The notes under the pieces: generated by a model
What the model saw: only the letters and a program-made list of their open reading frames with translations
Databases searched by the model: none
Told to the model about the DNA's origin: nothing
From: Candidatus Algichlamydia australiensis
Lineage (GTDB): Bacteria; Chlamydiota; Chlamydiia; Chlamydiales; JAJFMI01
DNA: 64,000 nucleotides
Assembly: GCA_033977065.1 (NCBI GenBank)
Contig: JAXCHI010000003.1
Coordinates: forward strand, 608,001 to 672,000
Direction: 5' to 3'
Shown: positions 26,057 through 36,501 of the stretch, one piece after another
Position numbering within the stretch: position 1 is the first letter of the stretch
How the letters are laid out: each line of letters starts with the position of its first letter
Made by a program: the position numbers and the translations under genes

Positions 26057-27418
26057 CTATTTTTTGCCTTTACGAGAGACAGTCTTTGAAGATTTCTTGC
26101 GCTTTTTAAAGTATTCATCTAGAAGGATGGGTGCCTGCAGGTGTACATTCATCTTTTTTTCTGCAAAGGCTTGTCGCAGTGTGGTCAAGTTTTCGGAAAA
26201 AGATTTTACAGCTCGCGGGTCGCCTTGGAGTTGGACGTTTAGTGAGTCTGGAGAGGTAGCGTAACGGGTAAGAACAATTTTAGATCCGTCAAAGATCGAA
26301 CCTTTAAGGTTGACCATCACGGTTGTTGTGGTTTGATCGGTATCTTTTTTTACGATGATAGTACCCACCATGTAATCAAAAAGTGCGCGTACCTGTTTTG
26401 AAAGTCCGGTGTAAGCGGTAGGTGTTGCGTTAGGAAGAGCAGATTCGGGTAGAGCTTGTGGCACGGTTCCTTCTGGGAAAGCGCCAAGTTCAGCCATAAA
26501 GCTACTTTTATCTGTTTTTTTTTCTTCAGGGATGACTTTGCCTTCTAAGGCATTGATGGGAAAATCGTTTTTTTCAAAGACGCCTTTTTTCGCAGCATCT
26601 GTTGTGAGGATGCCTAGGTCTTCTAGGACTTCACCCGCTTCTTCTGTAATAGGGGAGAGAGGAGCAGCTTCATCAAGGGCTGTTTCAAGAGTATTGGGGG
26701 TATCACCTGGCAGTTCGGGCGCTGTCTCTGTTGTGGGAGGCTGCCCTTCATCAGAAGTAGATGTGTCGCTCTGCTTGCTGCTCGTAGTCTGTTGTGTGGA
26801 TGTAGAGTATTTTTGAGAGGGGGCTCCCTCTTGTGAGGATGTGGGCTGCGCTTGTTGAGCTGTGGTGGTCTGTTTTTGACTCGTTTCTGGGGCTGGTGAG
26901 GTAGGGGATGGTGCAGGGGTAGGTTGTGCTTGTTTGGCTGAGGAGGGCTTCTGAGGTGCAGGTTGTGCTACTCCCTCTTTTGGTGAAGGTTCAGCTACCA
27001 TTTCGGTCGGTTCGGGCTTTGCAACAAATACGAGTTCTTGCTCAGATTCAGTGTTCGGAGTTTTCTTGCCTGTTTTTTGTTTAGGTTCTGGGAGTACGGT
27101 TTTTTTTGAGGTCTCAATCCCTTTAGTCTCTTGTGGAGATTTCACTGCAAGGAGGCCTTCATCACCCTTTTTGTCGTCCATAAACCTTTGGAAGGCTTCG
27201 CTTGTAGGGACTTCTGTTTCTGGAGCCTCTTTTTTTTTCTTCTCTTCTTCCTCTTCCGTCTTGTTTTTTTTGCCCTGATCGGGGGCTTCGTCCGACTCGT
27301 CAACGCGAAGGAGATTTTCAAAATCTGCTGTCACGGCTGGATCATGCTCTTTTTTTCCCGGCTCTTCGGGGGCAGGTCCAGTGTAAGCATCTGATCTTAT
27401 TTGCTTACCCATCTTCAC
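26057..27418 (-). CDS. CdsP/SctP needle-length ruler (CT671-like)
   Basis: Follows cdsO; long P/T/S/Q/E low-complexity region and folded C-terminal domain (SIFDGSKIVLTRYATSPDSLNVQLQG). Confidence 0.78.
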   Translation of the reverse strand: MKMGKQIRSDAYTGPAPEEPGKKEHDPAVTADFENLLRVDESDEAPDQGKKNKTEEEEEKKKKEAPETEVPTSEAFQRFMDDKKGDEGLLAVKSPQETKGIETSKKTVLPEPKQKTGKKTPNTESEQELVFVAKPEPTEMVAEPSPKEGVAQPAPQKPSSAKQAQPTPAPSPTSPAPETSQKQTTTAQQAQPTSSQEGAPSQKYSTSTQQTTSSKQSDTSTSDEGQPPTTETAPELPGDTPNTLETALDEAAPLSPITEEAGEVLEDLGILTTDAAKKGVFEKNDFPINALEGKVIPEEKKTDKSSFMAELGAFPEGTVPQALPESALPNATPTAYTGLSKQVRALFDYMVGTIIVKKDTDQTTTTVMVNLKGSIFDGSKIVLTRYATSPDSLNVQLQGDPRAVKSFSENLTTLRQAFAEKKMNVHLQAPILLDEYFKKRKKSSKTVSRKGKK

Positions 27419-27899
27419 CTCTTTTCCTTCTTAAGATGTGCATGGCTGATCCAAGTTCATCGTTTTGCACGCCCTCTTTTTGCTTTTCCACAAGGCGCAT
27501 CTCATGCTCCCACTCCTTGCGATGCAAACGAATTTTTTCAACGTCTTGCTGTTTTTTCACAAGCTCTTGACGCGCGAGCTCAACAGCTTCTTTTGCTTGC
27601 TTCACAACCTCTTGCTGCTCTTCTACCTTTTTTTTCTTTTTTTCGACATCTTCTTCTACGACGGTGAGGTAGTGACCTGCTTGCTCAATCTTATCGCTTG
27701 TCGTACCCCTGTTGATCTCATCTCGTAGTTGATCAATTTTTTCTTGCTGATGTTTCAGGGCAAGCTCATGCACTTTCTCTTTTTCTTTGAGGGTCTCTTC
27801 CGCTTCTTGCAGTTTTTCTTTTGCTGCAACGAGCGCACGCTCAGCTTCTTCTAGACGCTTTTTTTTAATGGTTTCGAGCTGCTCTAAGGGGTATTTCAT
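27405..27899 (-). CDS. sctO: T3SS stalk CdsO/SctO
   Basis: [13 protein letters not shown] start, all coiled-coil, directly after the ATPase. Confidence 0.85.
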   Translation of the reverse strand: MKYPLEQLETIKKKRLEEAERALVAAKEKLQEAEETLKEKEKVHELALKHQQEKIDQLRDEINRGTTSDKIEQAGHYLTVVEEDVEKKKKKVEEQQEVVKQAKEAVELARQELVKKQQDVEKIRLHRKEWEHEMRLVEKQKEGVQNDELGSAMHILRRKRGEDG

Positions 27900-29209
27900 T
27901 TAAAGAGCGATTTGAGCTGATCTAGTGTCTCTTCAAAAGAGCACTTCTCATCAATAGATTGTTTTAAAAAGCGGTTGACTTTGTCGATATATTTGATGGC
28001 AAAGTCCGCTTTTTTATCTGAACCTGGCTTGTATTCCCCGATGCGAATCAAAAGTTCGTTTTTCTTGTAGTTGGCGAGAACTTCTCGGATTTGTCCAATA
28101 AGTTCCACATGCTCTTTGTTTGTAATGGATGTTAGGATCCGGCTTACGGAAGCGAGAACATCGATAGCAGGGTAGTGATATTGGCGCGCTAGCTCTGATG
28201 AAAGAATGATATGTCCATCTAAAATGGAGCGCGTCTCATCGGAGACGGGTTCGTTCATATCATCACCAGCAACAAGAATGGTATAAAAAGCTGTGATCGA
28301 CCCTTTATCAGAATTTCCAGAACGCTCAAGAAGGCGAGGCAAGGTAGCAAAAACAGAAGGGGTGTAACCCGCTCTTGCAGGGGGCTCTCCAGCAGCGAGG
28401 CCAATTTCACGAAGAGCTCTTGCAAAACGGGTGACCGAGTCCATCATCAAGATGACATTTTTACCCTGATCACGGAAGTACTCGGCGATCGCTGTACCAA
28501 CGTAAGCAGCGTTAAGTCTGAGTTGGGCAGCTTGATCGGAAGTCGAGACGATGACAATGGAATTTTTCATTCCCTCTTCGCCAAGATCGTGCTTGATAAA
28601 TTCACGTACCTCACGACCCCTCTCACCGATTAGGGCGATGACATTGATATCAGCACGTGCGTTGCGGGCGATCATACCAAGAAGCGTCGACTTACCTCCA
28701 CCTGCGGCTGCAAAAATTCCCATTCGCTGACCTTGACCTACGGTCAGAGTCCCATCAATGCAGCGCACGCCCGTTGAGAGCGGCTCTTTAATCATCTTTC
28801 GAGCTAAAGGGTTCGGGGGAGGATTGATGACGGAGTAGGTTTCGTCAAGCTGAAGAGGGCCTTTCTCGTCTTCATCGAGAGGATTGCCAAGGCCGTCGAG
28901 AACGCGACCCAAAAGCTCTGGGCCTACTTTTATTTGGAGGGGGAGACGTAAAGGAATAACCTCAGATGAGGGGCCGATTCCGGTCATGGCACCAAGTGGA
29001 GAAAGATAGACCTCATCTTTTGTGAAGCCAACTACCTCAACCATGAGAGGTTCGCCTGCGCGTTTGATCATGCAGACCTCGCCCATCTTAACTTGGGGCA
29101 CGACAGCCTTGATCAACATCCCCACGATTTCCGTAATACGGCCGGAAATGGTGGTGAGCTCGATATCTTCAAGCTCTTCGATCAGTTTGTCAAAAGGTTC
29201 GTCACTCAT
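27896..29209 (-). CDS. sctN: T3SS ATPase CdsN/SctN
   Basis: [48 protein letters not shown]; cluster context. Confidence 0.96.
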   Translation of the reverse strand: MSDEPFDKLIEELEDIELTTISGRITEIVGMLIKAVVPQVKMGEVCMIKRAGEPLMVEVVGFTKDEVYLSPLGAMTGIGPSSEVIPLRLPLQIKVGPELLGRVLDGLGNPLDEDEKGPLQLDETYSVINPPPNPLARKMIKEPLSTGVRCIDGTLTVGQGQRMGIFAAAGGGKSTLLGMIARNARADINVIALIGERGREVREFIKHDLGEEGMKNSIVIVSTSDQAAQLRLNAAYVGTAIAEYFRDQGKNVILMMDSVTRFARALREIGLAAGEPPARAGYTPSVFATLPRLLERSGNSDKGSITAFYTILVAGDDMNEPVSDETRSILDGHIILSSELARQYHYPAIDVLASVSRILTSITNKEHVELIGQIREVLANYKKNELLIRIGEYKPGSDKKADFAIKYIDKVNRFLKQSIDEKCSFEETLDQLKSLFK

Positions 29210-29847
29210 TAGATCTGCATGTTGAACATCGTCTTGATCCCGGAAGCGGCATCAGCAACAAGGATCGAGACAAAGTTTAGCTCAATATTCGCTTTTTGGA
29301 TCTTTGTCTGCATGTGAAGCATCTCACCGGGATTCATGCTGTCTGTTCCACCAGCACTCATCTTTTGCATCTGCTGAGAGGCTCCATTAATTTGATCTTG
29401 GCTATCTTGGATCATATCCAAGAAGCGATCGATCGGATTAGAGGCCTTGGAGACAAAAGGCTCCTGCTCGTTGCCCATTTTCCCAGAAACATAGCGCAAA
29501 TTGTCTTGCACTGTGCCAAGCTTCTTTTTTACAAGGTACTTTTGGGATTGATTGAACTTGGGCCGTTTTTTTAGGTTGTCTCCTGTCTTATTGAGCTCGC
29601 CAGATGTGATGTTCATCTGTCCCATCAATTCATCCATTGAGGGAGGGCCTGTAGGACCTGCTCTTTGGGGCAGATCGAAGGGACTTTGGCCACCTGTTTT
29701 CTCTGCACCTGTAGAGCCTTCAGGCTGCTGCATCAAGGATTCAAAAGATTCAGGAGACTGCTGTCCTTCTTGTTGAAATTCTTCGACCGGTTTCCCTGCT
29801 TGCGCTTCTGATGAGCGGGGAATTTCTCCTGGGACCTCTGATGACAT
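29209..29847 (-). CDS. Chlamydial T3SS-cluster protein (CT668-like)
   Basis: Position between cdsG and cdsN; C-terminal [11 protein letters not shown]...IKTMFNMQI. Confidence 0.7.
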   Translation of the reverse strand: MSSEVPGEIPRSSEAQAGKPVEEFQQEGQQSPESFESLMQQPEGSTGAEKTGGQSPFDLPQRAGPTGPPSMDELMGQMNITSGELNKTGDNLKKRPKFNQSQKYLVKKKLGTVQDNLRYVSGKMGNEQEPFVSKASNPIDRFLDMIQDSQDQINGASQQMQKMSAGGTDSMNPGEMLHMQTKIQKANIELNFVSILVADAASGIKTMFNMQI

Positions 29848-29854
29848 AAAATTC

Positions 29855-30295
29855 TTAAGTTCTCTTCTCTTTTGGTTTCGGTTGCAGAGGAGATCCCCCC
29901 TCTTTTTTCACAAATTTGTCGACAAACTCAATAGCAGCACCCGCTGTTTTTTTTGTTTGTGCGTCACTTGAACTTTGTGAAATTTCAGTTAGTAGCTTTT
30001 CTCCCTCCATCCCTTTTGTAGGTGATAGGGAGAGGGAGACACCAAGAAGTGTTTTAGCTGTCTCGTTTTTAGGCTCTCGTTTTACAACACTTGTTAAAAC
30101 TTCAATTGCTTGCTTGAGTTCTAACTTATGCAAGTGCAAGTATCCTTCACCAACCTCTGGTAAACTGTTCTCCGGATAGAGAAGTTTACAAGCACGAAAT
30201 AACTTGCGTGCGGAATCTTCGTCCGCTTGGTTTACGGCAATAAAGCCCAACTCTATGAGAACGAAAAAAAGCTCTCGATTTACATATTTGCTCAT
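29855..30295 (-). CDS. cdsG: Needle chaperone CdsG (TPR)
   Basis: LIELGFIAVNQADEDSARKLF TPR-like; directly after the needle gene. Confidence 0.85.
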   Translation of the reverse strand: MSKYVNRELFFVLIELGFIAVNQADEDSARKLFRACKLLYPENSLPEVGEGYLHLHKLELKQAIEVLTSVVKREPKNETAKTLLGVSLSLSPTKGMEGEKLLTEISQSSSDAQTKKTAGAAIEFVDKFVKKEGGSPLQPKPKEKRT

Positions 30296-30301
30296 ACTCT
30301 A

Positions 30302-30553
30302 CTATCCTACTTTCTGGTTACGAACACTGTTCATAATCATTGAACTTACCTGATAAACAAGGTTGGAGATCGATTCCCCGATCTGCGTAACCTGTGACAT
30401 CGCAAACTGGAGAAGCAAAAACTCACCAGGGGTTGCGGAGCTAATATTACTTGCTAAGTCCTGTACCATCGAGACAACCTGCGATTGGATCTGGATATAG
30501 GCACTAATTAGAGTGTTAAAACTTAGCGAAGCCCATTGTGTTTCGTCGCCCAT
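30302..30553 (-). CDS. sctF: Needle subunit CdsF/SctF
   Basis: 83-aa helical hairpin with FLLLQFAMSQ..Q..ESISNL...SVRNQK; lies between cdsE and cdsG. Confidence 0.82.
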   Translation of the reverse strand: MGDETQWASLSFNTLISAYIQIQSQVVSMVQDLASNISSATPGEFLLLQFAMSQVTQIGESISNLVYQVSSMIMNSVRNQKVG

Positions 30554-30554
30554 G

Positions 30555-30782
30555 CTATTTTCTCCCTATTCGATCGCAGACTTTTTTTGCTGCGGTGTAG
30601 CCGTGTAAAAGTGTGCTGTAGGCTTCAAACTCATCTTGTTTTGCGCCTTCGCGAAGTTTCTTTTTGCACTTGCCGGTTTCCTCTTCGATTTGATCTAAAA
30701 CTTCTTTCGCTTCTCCCTTGCGAATAAGTTTTTCAATATCGTATTCAAAGAGCTTTTTTTTCCCTTTTTCCATCCCAAACAT
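30555..30782 (-). CDS. cdsE: Needle chaperone CdsE
   Basis: MFGME...FEYDIEK...LREG...LLHGYTA pattern; synteny. Confidence 0.82.
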   Translation of the reverse strand: MFGMEKGKKKLFEYDIEKLIRKGEAKEVLDQIEEETGKCKKKLREGAKQDEFEAYSTLLHGYTAAKKVCDRIGRK

Positions 30783-30813
30783 GGTGAATCCTATAATCTT
30801 TTTTTTAGCTTAC

Positions 30814-32514
30814 TTATTGCTGATTGTAGTTAATTTTAAATTTTAATCCATCCTTTTCGAGTAAAATTTCATTTGACTCGATTCCAGTGATTGTCATGCT
30901 ATCTAACGTGTCTCCAACTGAAAGAATTTTCCCATTGATGACGACATACTCATTTACATTTCCTACTTTAGAGCTCCCTGTAACTTTAAACTTTGAGGTT
31001 AAATCTATCCGGGATGTGGAAGCTGTTGTAAATACAACGAAATTTTTAATGATCCGAATTCCTCGAGTGCGTTTTAACACTTCAAGAGTTTCGGAAAATT
31101 CTTTTTTCATATCTTCACTTACACGACCACCGAGTACAAGCTCACCATTGTTAAGCTTAAAGGTTACATTATTGAGATGGTTCTCAATTAGTGTAGAGCG
31201 AACCTCTTCTTGCAGAATTTTTTCTACAATAACGCGGTAGTCTAGCTTATCTAAGTAGACAAAGTTGCGGTTTAAGTAGTCGCGAAGGGCCCCACTATCT
31301 TCGATTGTGTCTACATAACCGCGAATAATAAAATTACCCGGTTCAGGTGCTGTCATTGTAACCGAGCGCCAATTTGGATTGTTGATCAAAAGGGCGTTCA
31401 TCTCTTCATAGACGCTCTCATCAATCACCACATTGTCTTCGATTGTTTTGATGTAAGGAAGATTTTGTAGCAAATAGGTCAATTCACTATGCTCAACTTC
31501 TGTTAACACGTGGCCGAGAAGAAAGATCTTTCCGCTGCCCTTGTTGTAGGTGAATTCTACATCTGGGAAATCTTTGATCTCTTTACGAATCTCTTCACTT
31601 GGGTCGATCTGCACAATTTCAATTGCCTCAGACTTAAATAGAGAGAAAAAGCCAAAAACACCAATGAAGAGCAAGACAGTAAATGCACCCGCAATCACCA
31701 TGTGTCTTGTCGGGACAACCATCTCTTTCCAGCCCCTGTTTTCCATGCGTGCTTCTTCTTCGAGAGCCTCTACTTCCTCTTTTGAAGGGGGAGTGGCTCC
31801 TAAAGTGGGAGGAGGAGAAAAGATTGTCTCGCGAGAGACTTCGCGATCAATGATCAGAAAAGAAGTTGTACCAAGAACAATTACATCCTGTGGAGTAATC
31901 GGGGTTGGTTGCGTAATGGTCTTTCCATTAACTAAAGTGCTATTGCGACTCTTTAAATCTTCAATCGTAATCTGGCCTGTTGAGTCGGTGCTCACCTTGG
32001 CATGTTGTCGTGAAACACTTAAATCCTGCAGGACAATATCACATGTATCAGGATCTTTTCCAATGATGAAGCTGCCCTCTTCCAAACCGAATTCTGCACC
32101 TGCGTTAGGGCCAGAAATCACTTTGACACAAAAGCGCGCAGCTAAGCCAGGTGTAAATGAGAGAATGGGAGACTCTTCTTGAGGTTGCGAAAGAGAAGGA
32201 GCGGAAACTTTTTCTGGTAAGGATGCGGTAAAGCGAAAAAATGTTCCACCAACTTGTAAAATGTCATCTTCAGAAAGAGTTGTTGGTTCAAAAAGTGCAT
32301 TCCCATTTAGGGTTGCGGGATTAATTTCACTCGTGTTTTGTGCTACATACTCATCGCCTTCACGCGAGATTGTTAAGTGATGACGTGAAACAACGGGATC
32401 TTCCAATACTTGGTTGGAGAGATCGGGATCGCGACCAATACGTATCTCCTCTTCATCTAAATTGATGATAAGGCCGGTGAGTGTACCTTCTTCTGCGACT
32501 AAAAAAGCGCTCAT
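30814..32514 (-). CDS. sctD: T3SS inner-membrane ring CdsD/SctD (2 FHA domains, TM, periplasmic ring domains)
   Basis: IGRDP..VSRHH and IGKDP..VSRQH FHA motifs; TM IAGAFTVLLFIGVFGFF; periplasmic domain. Confidence 0.92.
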   Translation of the reverse strand: MSAFLVAEEGTLTGLIINLDEEEIRIGRDPDLSNQVLEDPVVSRHHLTISREGDEYVAQNTSEINPATLNGNALFEPTTLSEDDILQVGGTFFRFTASLPEKVSAPSLSQPQEESPILSFTPGLAARFCVKVISGPNAGAEFGLEEGSFIIGKDPDTCDIVLQDLSVSRQHAKVSTDSTGQITIEDLKSRNSTLVNGKTITQPTPITPQDVIVLGTTSFLIIDREVSRETIFSPPPTLGATPPSKEEVEALEEEARMENRGWKEMVVPTRHMVIAGAFTVLLFIGVFGFFSLFKSEAIEIVQIDPSEEIRKEIKDFPDVEFTYNKGSGKIFLLGHVLTEVEHSELTYLLQNLPYIKTIEDNVVIDESVYEEMNALLINNPNWRSVTMTAPEPGNFIIRGYVDTIEDSGALRDYLNRNFVYLDKLDYRVIVEKILQEEVRSTLIENHLNNVTFKLNNGELVLGGRVSEDMKKEFSETLEVLKRTRGIRIIKNFVVFTTASTSRIDLTSKFKVTGSSKVGNVNEYVVINGKILSVGDTLDSMTITGIESNEILLEKDGLKFKINYNQQ

Positions 32515-32588
32515 AATATTCTTTGAATTCGAGTCTTTATGATTTATTAATAATTAGATAAACCGTCTGCTAACTCACCACTATTATT

Positions 32589-32990
32589 TCATATTGCGCC
32601 ATTATCCGAAACTGTTTTGGACAAAAACATGCGCCAATAACCGAGGTAGTTTACAAAATTTTCAAGATCATCATGCAATACTTCTTTTGAAGCCTCAAAA
32701 GGTTTGACAAAACGTAAAGTGATTTCTTTTTCATCTTTGGTCATACCGAGAATATTTCCACCAGTACCTTGTCCGAGTAAGTTTGCCTCCATTACATGCA
32801 TCAAAGTATCTTCTTTGTTTTTTTGCGGAAGCTTCCCCGCTTTTGCAAAAAGTTCAAATCCCGGTTTAAGAGATTTAAGAGAGACCTTTACTTCAGGGTT
32901 AATATGAACGGTAAACATCTCTTTCTTTTCTTTATCATCGAAAATAGTGAGGCCAACCTCATGCGCTAGTTCTAGTAATATTTCTTTCAT
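32589..32990 (-). CDS. CesT-family T3S chaperone (Scc4/CT663-like)
   Basis: MEANLLGQGTGG, LENFVNYLGYW; first gene of the cluster. Confidence 0.82.
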   Translation of the reverse strand: MKEILLELAHEVGLTIFDDKEKKEMFTVHINPEVKVSLKSLKPGFELFAKAGKLPQKNKEDTLMHVMEANLLGQGTGGNILGMTKDEKEITLRFVKPFEASKEVLHDDLENFVNYLGYWRMFLSKTVSDNGAI

Positions 32991-33049
32991 TTTGAATAGA
33001 CTTTTGAATTTACTTCTTCTATATGTTGGATAGAGAATTTGGAGATATT

Positions 33050-33496
33050 ATGGAAGATGAGTTTAAGAAAATTTTGAAATTTTTTGATATGCCGATGGAA
33101 GAGAAGGCAGATAAACTCGATTCAGTTTTTGAAGAGACTTCCGTTTTTTTAGAGCGATTTAAGCATGTATTTGAGACAGGAACGCCTGAGGAAAAAAAGG
33201 CGATGATCGAAAAAGTACTTGAGCTGCAATCGCGGTTAAAGGGCGAAATGAAGCAACTAACAGAGGCTTCAGGGCTCACAGAAGAGCAAATTATGCAATT
33301 TGCGACAAACCCCAAAAATTTTAAAGAGGGGCAGTGGGACTCAATTGAATCGTCTCGAAAAAAGATTGAGGGACAGGCGAAAGATATCGCAAAAAATCTT
33401 CGCAAAGAGTTTGGTGGCAACAAGGATGAGGGCAGTGACGATGATGATAAGCCCCCATCAGCAGGTGGCGGCAAGAAGGGTTGGATTCCTGGCTAG
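33050..33496 (+). CDS. Hypothetical helical protein
   Basis: Charged helical ORF with GGAG RBS; its stop codon coincides with the end of a palindromic element. Confidence 0.75.
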   Translation: MEDEFKKILKFFDMPMEEKADKLDSVFEETSVFLERFKHVFETGTPEEKKAMIEKVLELQSRLKGEMKQLTEASGLTEEQIMQFATNPKNFKEGQWDSIESSRKKIEGQAKDIAKNLRKEFGGNKDEGSDDDDKPPSAGGGKKGWIPG

Positions 33497-33660
33497 TACT
33501 TCGTAACAGAAATTTTTAGCATTATTTTTACGTCAAAGCCTCGGGATTGAACTATCGAAAATCACCTCGTATTTGATTAATACTAGGTGACTTGCGATAG
33601 CCCAATCGCGAGAGCTTTCACGTTAAAAAGAATAGTAAAAATTTCTGTTACAGAGTACTA
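33494..33660. mobile_element. Palindromic MITE-like element, family B
   Basis: Termini TAGTACTTCGTAACAGAAATTTTTA / TAAAAATTTCTGTTACAGAGTACTA; the whole 167 bp is an imperfect inverted repeat. Confidence 0.8.
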
Positions 33661-33811
33661 GTACTTTGTAACAGAAAAATTTTATTATCTAATTTAAAAA
33701 AACAGCCAATAGAGCGCATCGCGCGTTCATTCCCCACCCTCCACTTCGTTTCGGGTAGGGCCCCTTTCGCGTCGCTTGCGCGGCTGTTTTTTTTGTTTTG
33801 TAGAAAATTTT
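33659..33811. mobile_element. Second, one-ended family B-like element with a different GC-rich core
   Basis: Starts TAGTACTTTGTAACAGAAAAATTTT sharing the TA at 33659-60; inner arms AAAAAAACAGCC / GGCTGTTTTTTT. Confidence 0.6.
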
Positions 33812-33819
33812 GTATGATC

Positions 33820-33904
33820 TAGACAGCGTCGTTAAATCCACGTGGTCACCTTATTTTGCACATTTGGGCTTCACTTTTACGTTTTATAAGAGTTGGGGTT
33901 CTAG
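33820..33904. mobile_element. Diverged truncated relative of family A MITE
   Basis: TAGACAGCGTCGTTAAA...CTTATTTTGCACATTTGGGCTTCAC resembles the family A left half. Confidence 0.55.
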
Positions 33905-34595
33905 CAGGTTTTCCTGGGATAATTCATCGACAATAAGGTGAGTAGGAGTGTCGGGAAGATTTTTTAATTCTTTTTTTAGAAAGGTGGGAATAAGATGGAT
34001 TTTGTTTAATTGGTCTAAGTCAAACCATTTATACCTTAATGTAGTTTTCTCGTCTGAAAACTCTTCGGTTCCAATACCTTCCTTTTGAAAGTAGATAGGG
34101 GAATCCTTTTGAAGGTGTACTAGATAGTATAAAACAAGGTCATGATGGTTAATGTTTTTAGCAGAAAAGTGGTATAAGTCTTCTGTAAACCATAGCAGTC
34201 GATCAATAATAGGAACTTCACCAAGCTCTTCATAAATTTCTCTTTTTAAAGCTGTTTCAGAAGTTTCAAAAATTCCTGCTTTCCCTCCGGGAGTATACCA
34301 AAAATCAAAACGGTCTTCTTTAGAGAGTGTTTTCGAATGAACTTTCGTCGAGTTTTTGGATTATTTTGGCCGATTTTTGGACTCAATTTAAGAGGGGTAA
34401 TATCACCTTACGGATATGACCCTCTTAAATTGAGCCGAAAACTCGGCTCAAAAGAACCGAAAAATCGACTGAATTTTAATTCGAAGACACTCTCCTAACC
34501 AAAAGAATTTTATTCTCGTTAATAATAATTGACGCAACGCGATATCGAAAAGCACCATCTTTGCTTTTAATATGAATATCTCGAGGCTGCGACAT
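33884..34595 (-). pseudogene. Nudix hydrolase interrupted by a palindromic insertion (absent from the ORF track)
   Basis: MSQPRDIHIK...FRYRVASIIINENKILLV | KEDRFDFWYTPGGKAGIFETSETALKREIYEELG...; removing 175 bp gives a 178-aa ORF. Confidence 0.88.
34321..34497. mobile_element. Palindromic MITE-like element, family C
   Basis: Ends GAGAGTGTTTTCGAAT / ATTCGAAGACACTCTC, flanked by TTA/CTA; inner arms CTCAATTTAAGAGGG / CCCTCTTAAATTGAG. Confidence 0.88.
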
Positions 34596-34601
34596 TGAAT
34601 T

Positions 34602-35816
34602 TTAGCTTGCTTCTTCTTTTACAATTTCTGGATCAGCGTTTTCTGTTACACACTCTTTTGTGATGGTGATCTCTTTGATTGTAGGATCAGATGGTGTCTT
34701 GTACATCAAGTCAATGAGAAGACTTTCAACCATCATACGTAGAGCGCGCGCACCTGTACCTGCGTCTTTTGCTTTTTTTGCGATGGCAAAGAGGGCTTCA
34801 TCTGTAAAGTTTAGTTCTACATTATCCTCTTTAAAGAGAGATTTGTACTGGGAGATGATCGCATTTTTCGGTTTTGTAAGAATTTCAACGAGATCTTCAT
34901 GTGTAAGTTCTGCAAAGTGTGTAATGCTGTTGAAACGCCCGATAAATTCAGGGATTATTCCGAACTGGACAAGGTCAGAAGTCTCTACTTGTGAAAGAAG
35001 GTAGCTGCTCTCGTTGGGATCGAGATGTCGACTCTCTTCTAAGTCAAAGCCGATGACGCCTTTTCCCAGGCGTTTGGCAATGATTTTATCCAAGTTAACA
35101 AAAGCTCCACCCACGATAAATAGAATGTTTTCTGTATTGATTTTCAAATACTCTTGATTGGGGTGCTTGCGGCCTCCTTTTGGGGGGACATTGGCAACAG
35201 TTCCTTCAACAATTTTAAGAAGGGCTTGCTGCACGCCTTCACCAGAAACATCACGAGTGATAGAGACGTTAGAGGTTGTTTTGCGCAGTTTATCAATTTC
35301 ATCAATATAGATAATACCGTGTTCAGCCCAGCTCACATCGTATTCTGCATTTTGCAAAAGGCGGAGGATAATATTTTCGACATCTTCACCCACGTAGCCT
35401 GCTTCTGTAAGAGTCGTTGCATCAGCGATTGCAAAAGGAACATCCAAAATTTGCGCTAGTGTGCGTGCAATTAATGTCTTCCCTGAGCCGGTGGGTCCAA
35501 GGAGGAGCACGTTCGACTTTGAGTACTCGACTTCGCGGTTTTCTTGCATGGCGCGAATGCGTTTGTAGTGATTATAGACGGAGACAGAAATAGTGCGTTT
35601 TGCATCCTCTTGACCAATGATATACTTATCAAGTTGATCTTTGATCTCTTGTGGCTTGATTACCTTCAATTTATGCTTTGAAGGTTTTTTCATGACGATG
35701 TCCATACAAAGACGCACACATTTGTCACAAATATAGCAATTCGGTCCGGATATTAATTTTTCTACAATATTTTCTGCTCGTCCGCAAAAGGAGCAAGCGG
35801 GCTTTTGTTTGTTCAT
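34602..35816 (-). CDS. clpX: ATP-dependent Clp protease ATPase ClpX
   Basis: CSFC...CDKC zinc finger, [22 protein letters not shown] loop. Confidence 0.97.
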   Translation of the reverse strand: MNKQKPACSFCGRAENIVEKLISGPNCYICDKCVRLCMDIVMKKPSKHKLKVIKPQEIKDQLDKYIIGQEDAKRTISVSVYNHYKRIRAMQENREVEYSKSNVLLLGPTGSGKTLIARTLAQILDVPFAIADATTLTEAGYVGEDVENIILRLLQNAEYDVSWAEHGIIYIDEIDKLRKTTSNVSITRDVSGEGVQQALLKIVEGTVANVPPKGGRKHPNQEYLKINTENILFIVGGAFVNLDKIIAKRLGKGVIGFDLEESRHLDPNESSYLLSQVETSDLVQFGIIPEFIGRFNSITHFAELTHEDLVEILTKPKNAIISQYKSLFKEDNVELNFTDEALFAIAKKAKDAGTGARALRMMVESLLIDLMYKTPSDPTIKEITITKECVTENADPEIVKEEAS

Positions 35817-36451
35817 GGGGTAGTAGCTAATTCTACGGGTTCAACAACTTTATCGATAATTCCTAAAGGTCCATAATCGAGGGCTTCTTGCGGGTTCATA
35901 AAGAAATCGCGATCGGAGTCCTCTTGAACTTGCTCAACTGTTTTTCCAGTGTGAGTAGCAAGGATATTTGCGAGCATGGACTTTAATGTCAAAATTTCTT
36001 GAGCTTGTACGTGAATATCTGATGAGGTTCCGCCAACGCCTCCATGAGGTTGGTGGATCATAATACGAGAGTGGGGGAGAGCAAAGCGCTTTCCTTTTGT
36101 TCCAGCTGCAAGAAGGAGGGCGCCAAATGAGGCTGCCTGTCCAATGCAGTAAGTATTGATGTCGCAACCCAGGTAGCGCATTGTGTCGTAGATCGCAAGA
36201 CCTGCAGAGACGACTCCACCGGGAGAATTAATGTAAATATTCACATCTTTCTTGGCATCATCGGCGCGAAGGAAAATCAGCTGGGCAACAACGGCGTTGG
36301 CAACCTGATCGTTGATCTCTGTACCGATAAAAATGATGCGATCTTTTAGAAGACGCGAGTAGATGTCCATGGAACGCTCGCCTTGGCCTGTGTCCTCAAT
36401 AACGTAAGGGACTGAGTAGTAATTTTTTGGGCGATAGGGATCATTGCTCAT
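35813..36451 (-). CDS. clpP: Clp protease proteolytic subunit
   Basis: [32 protein letters not shown]. Confidence 0.97.
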   Translation of the reverse strand: MSNDPYRPKNYYSVPYVIEDTGQGERSMDIYSRLLKDRIIFIGTEINDQVANAVVAQLIFLRADDAKKDVNIYINSPGGVVSAGLAIYDTMRYLGCDINTYCIGQAASFGALLLAAGTKGKRFALPHSRIMIHQPHGGVGGTSSDIHVQAQEILTLKSMLANILATHTGKTVEQVQEDSDRDFFMNPQEALDYGPLGIIDKVVEPVELATTP

Positions 36452-36501
36452 AGACTAAACCTCTTTTTCTTTTGCAGTATAGATACGATCATACAGAGGC
36501 G

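Noticed and set aside
26700..27010. Tandem repeat in cdsP
   Set aside because: Low-complexity P/T/S/Q coding with no clear nucleotide period
27896..29209. Flagellar FliI or F1 ATPase beta
   Set aside because: Embedded in the cdsD-E-F-G...O-P-Q order
31550..32182. 210-aa plus-strand ORF and the many other short ORFs overlapping core genes
   Set aside because: Antisense or alternate-frame shadows of well-supported genes, with no recognisable motifs
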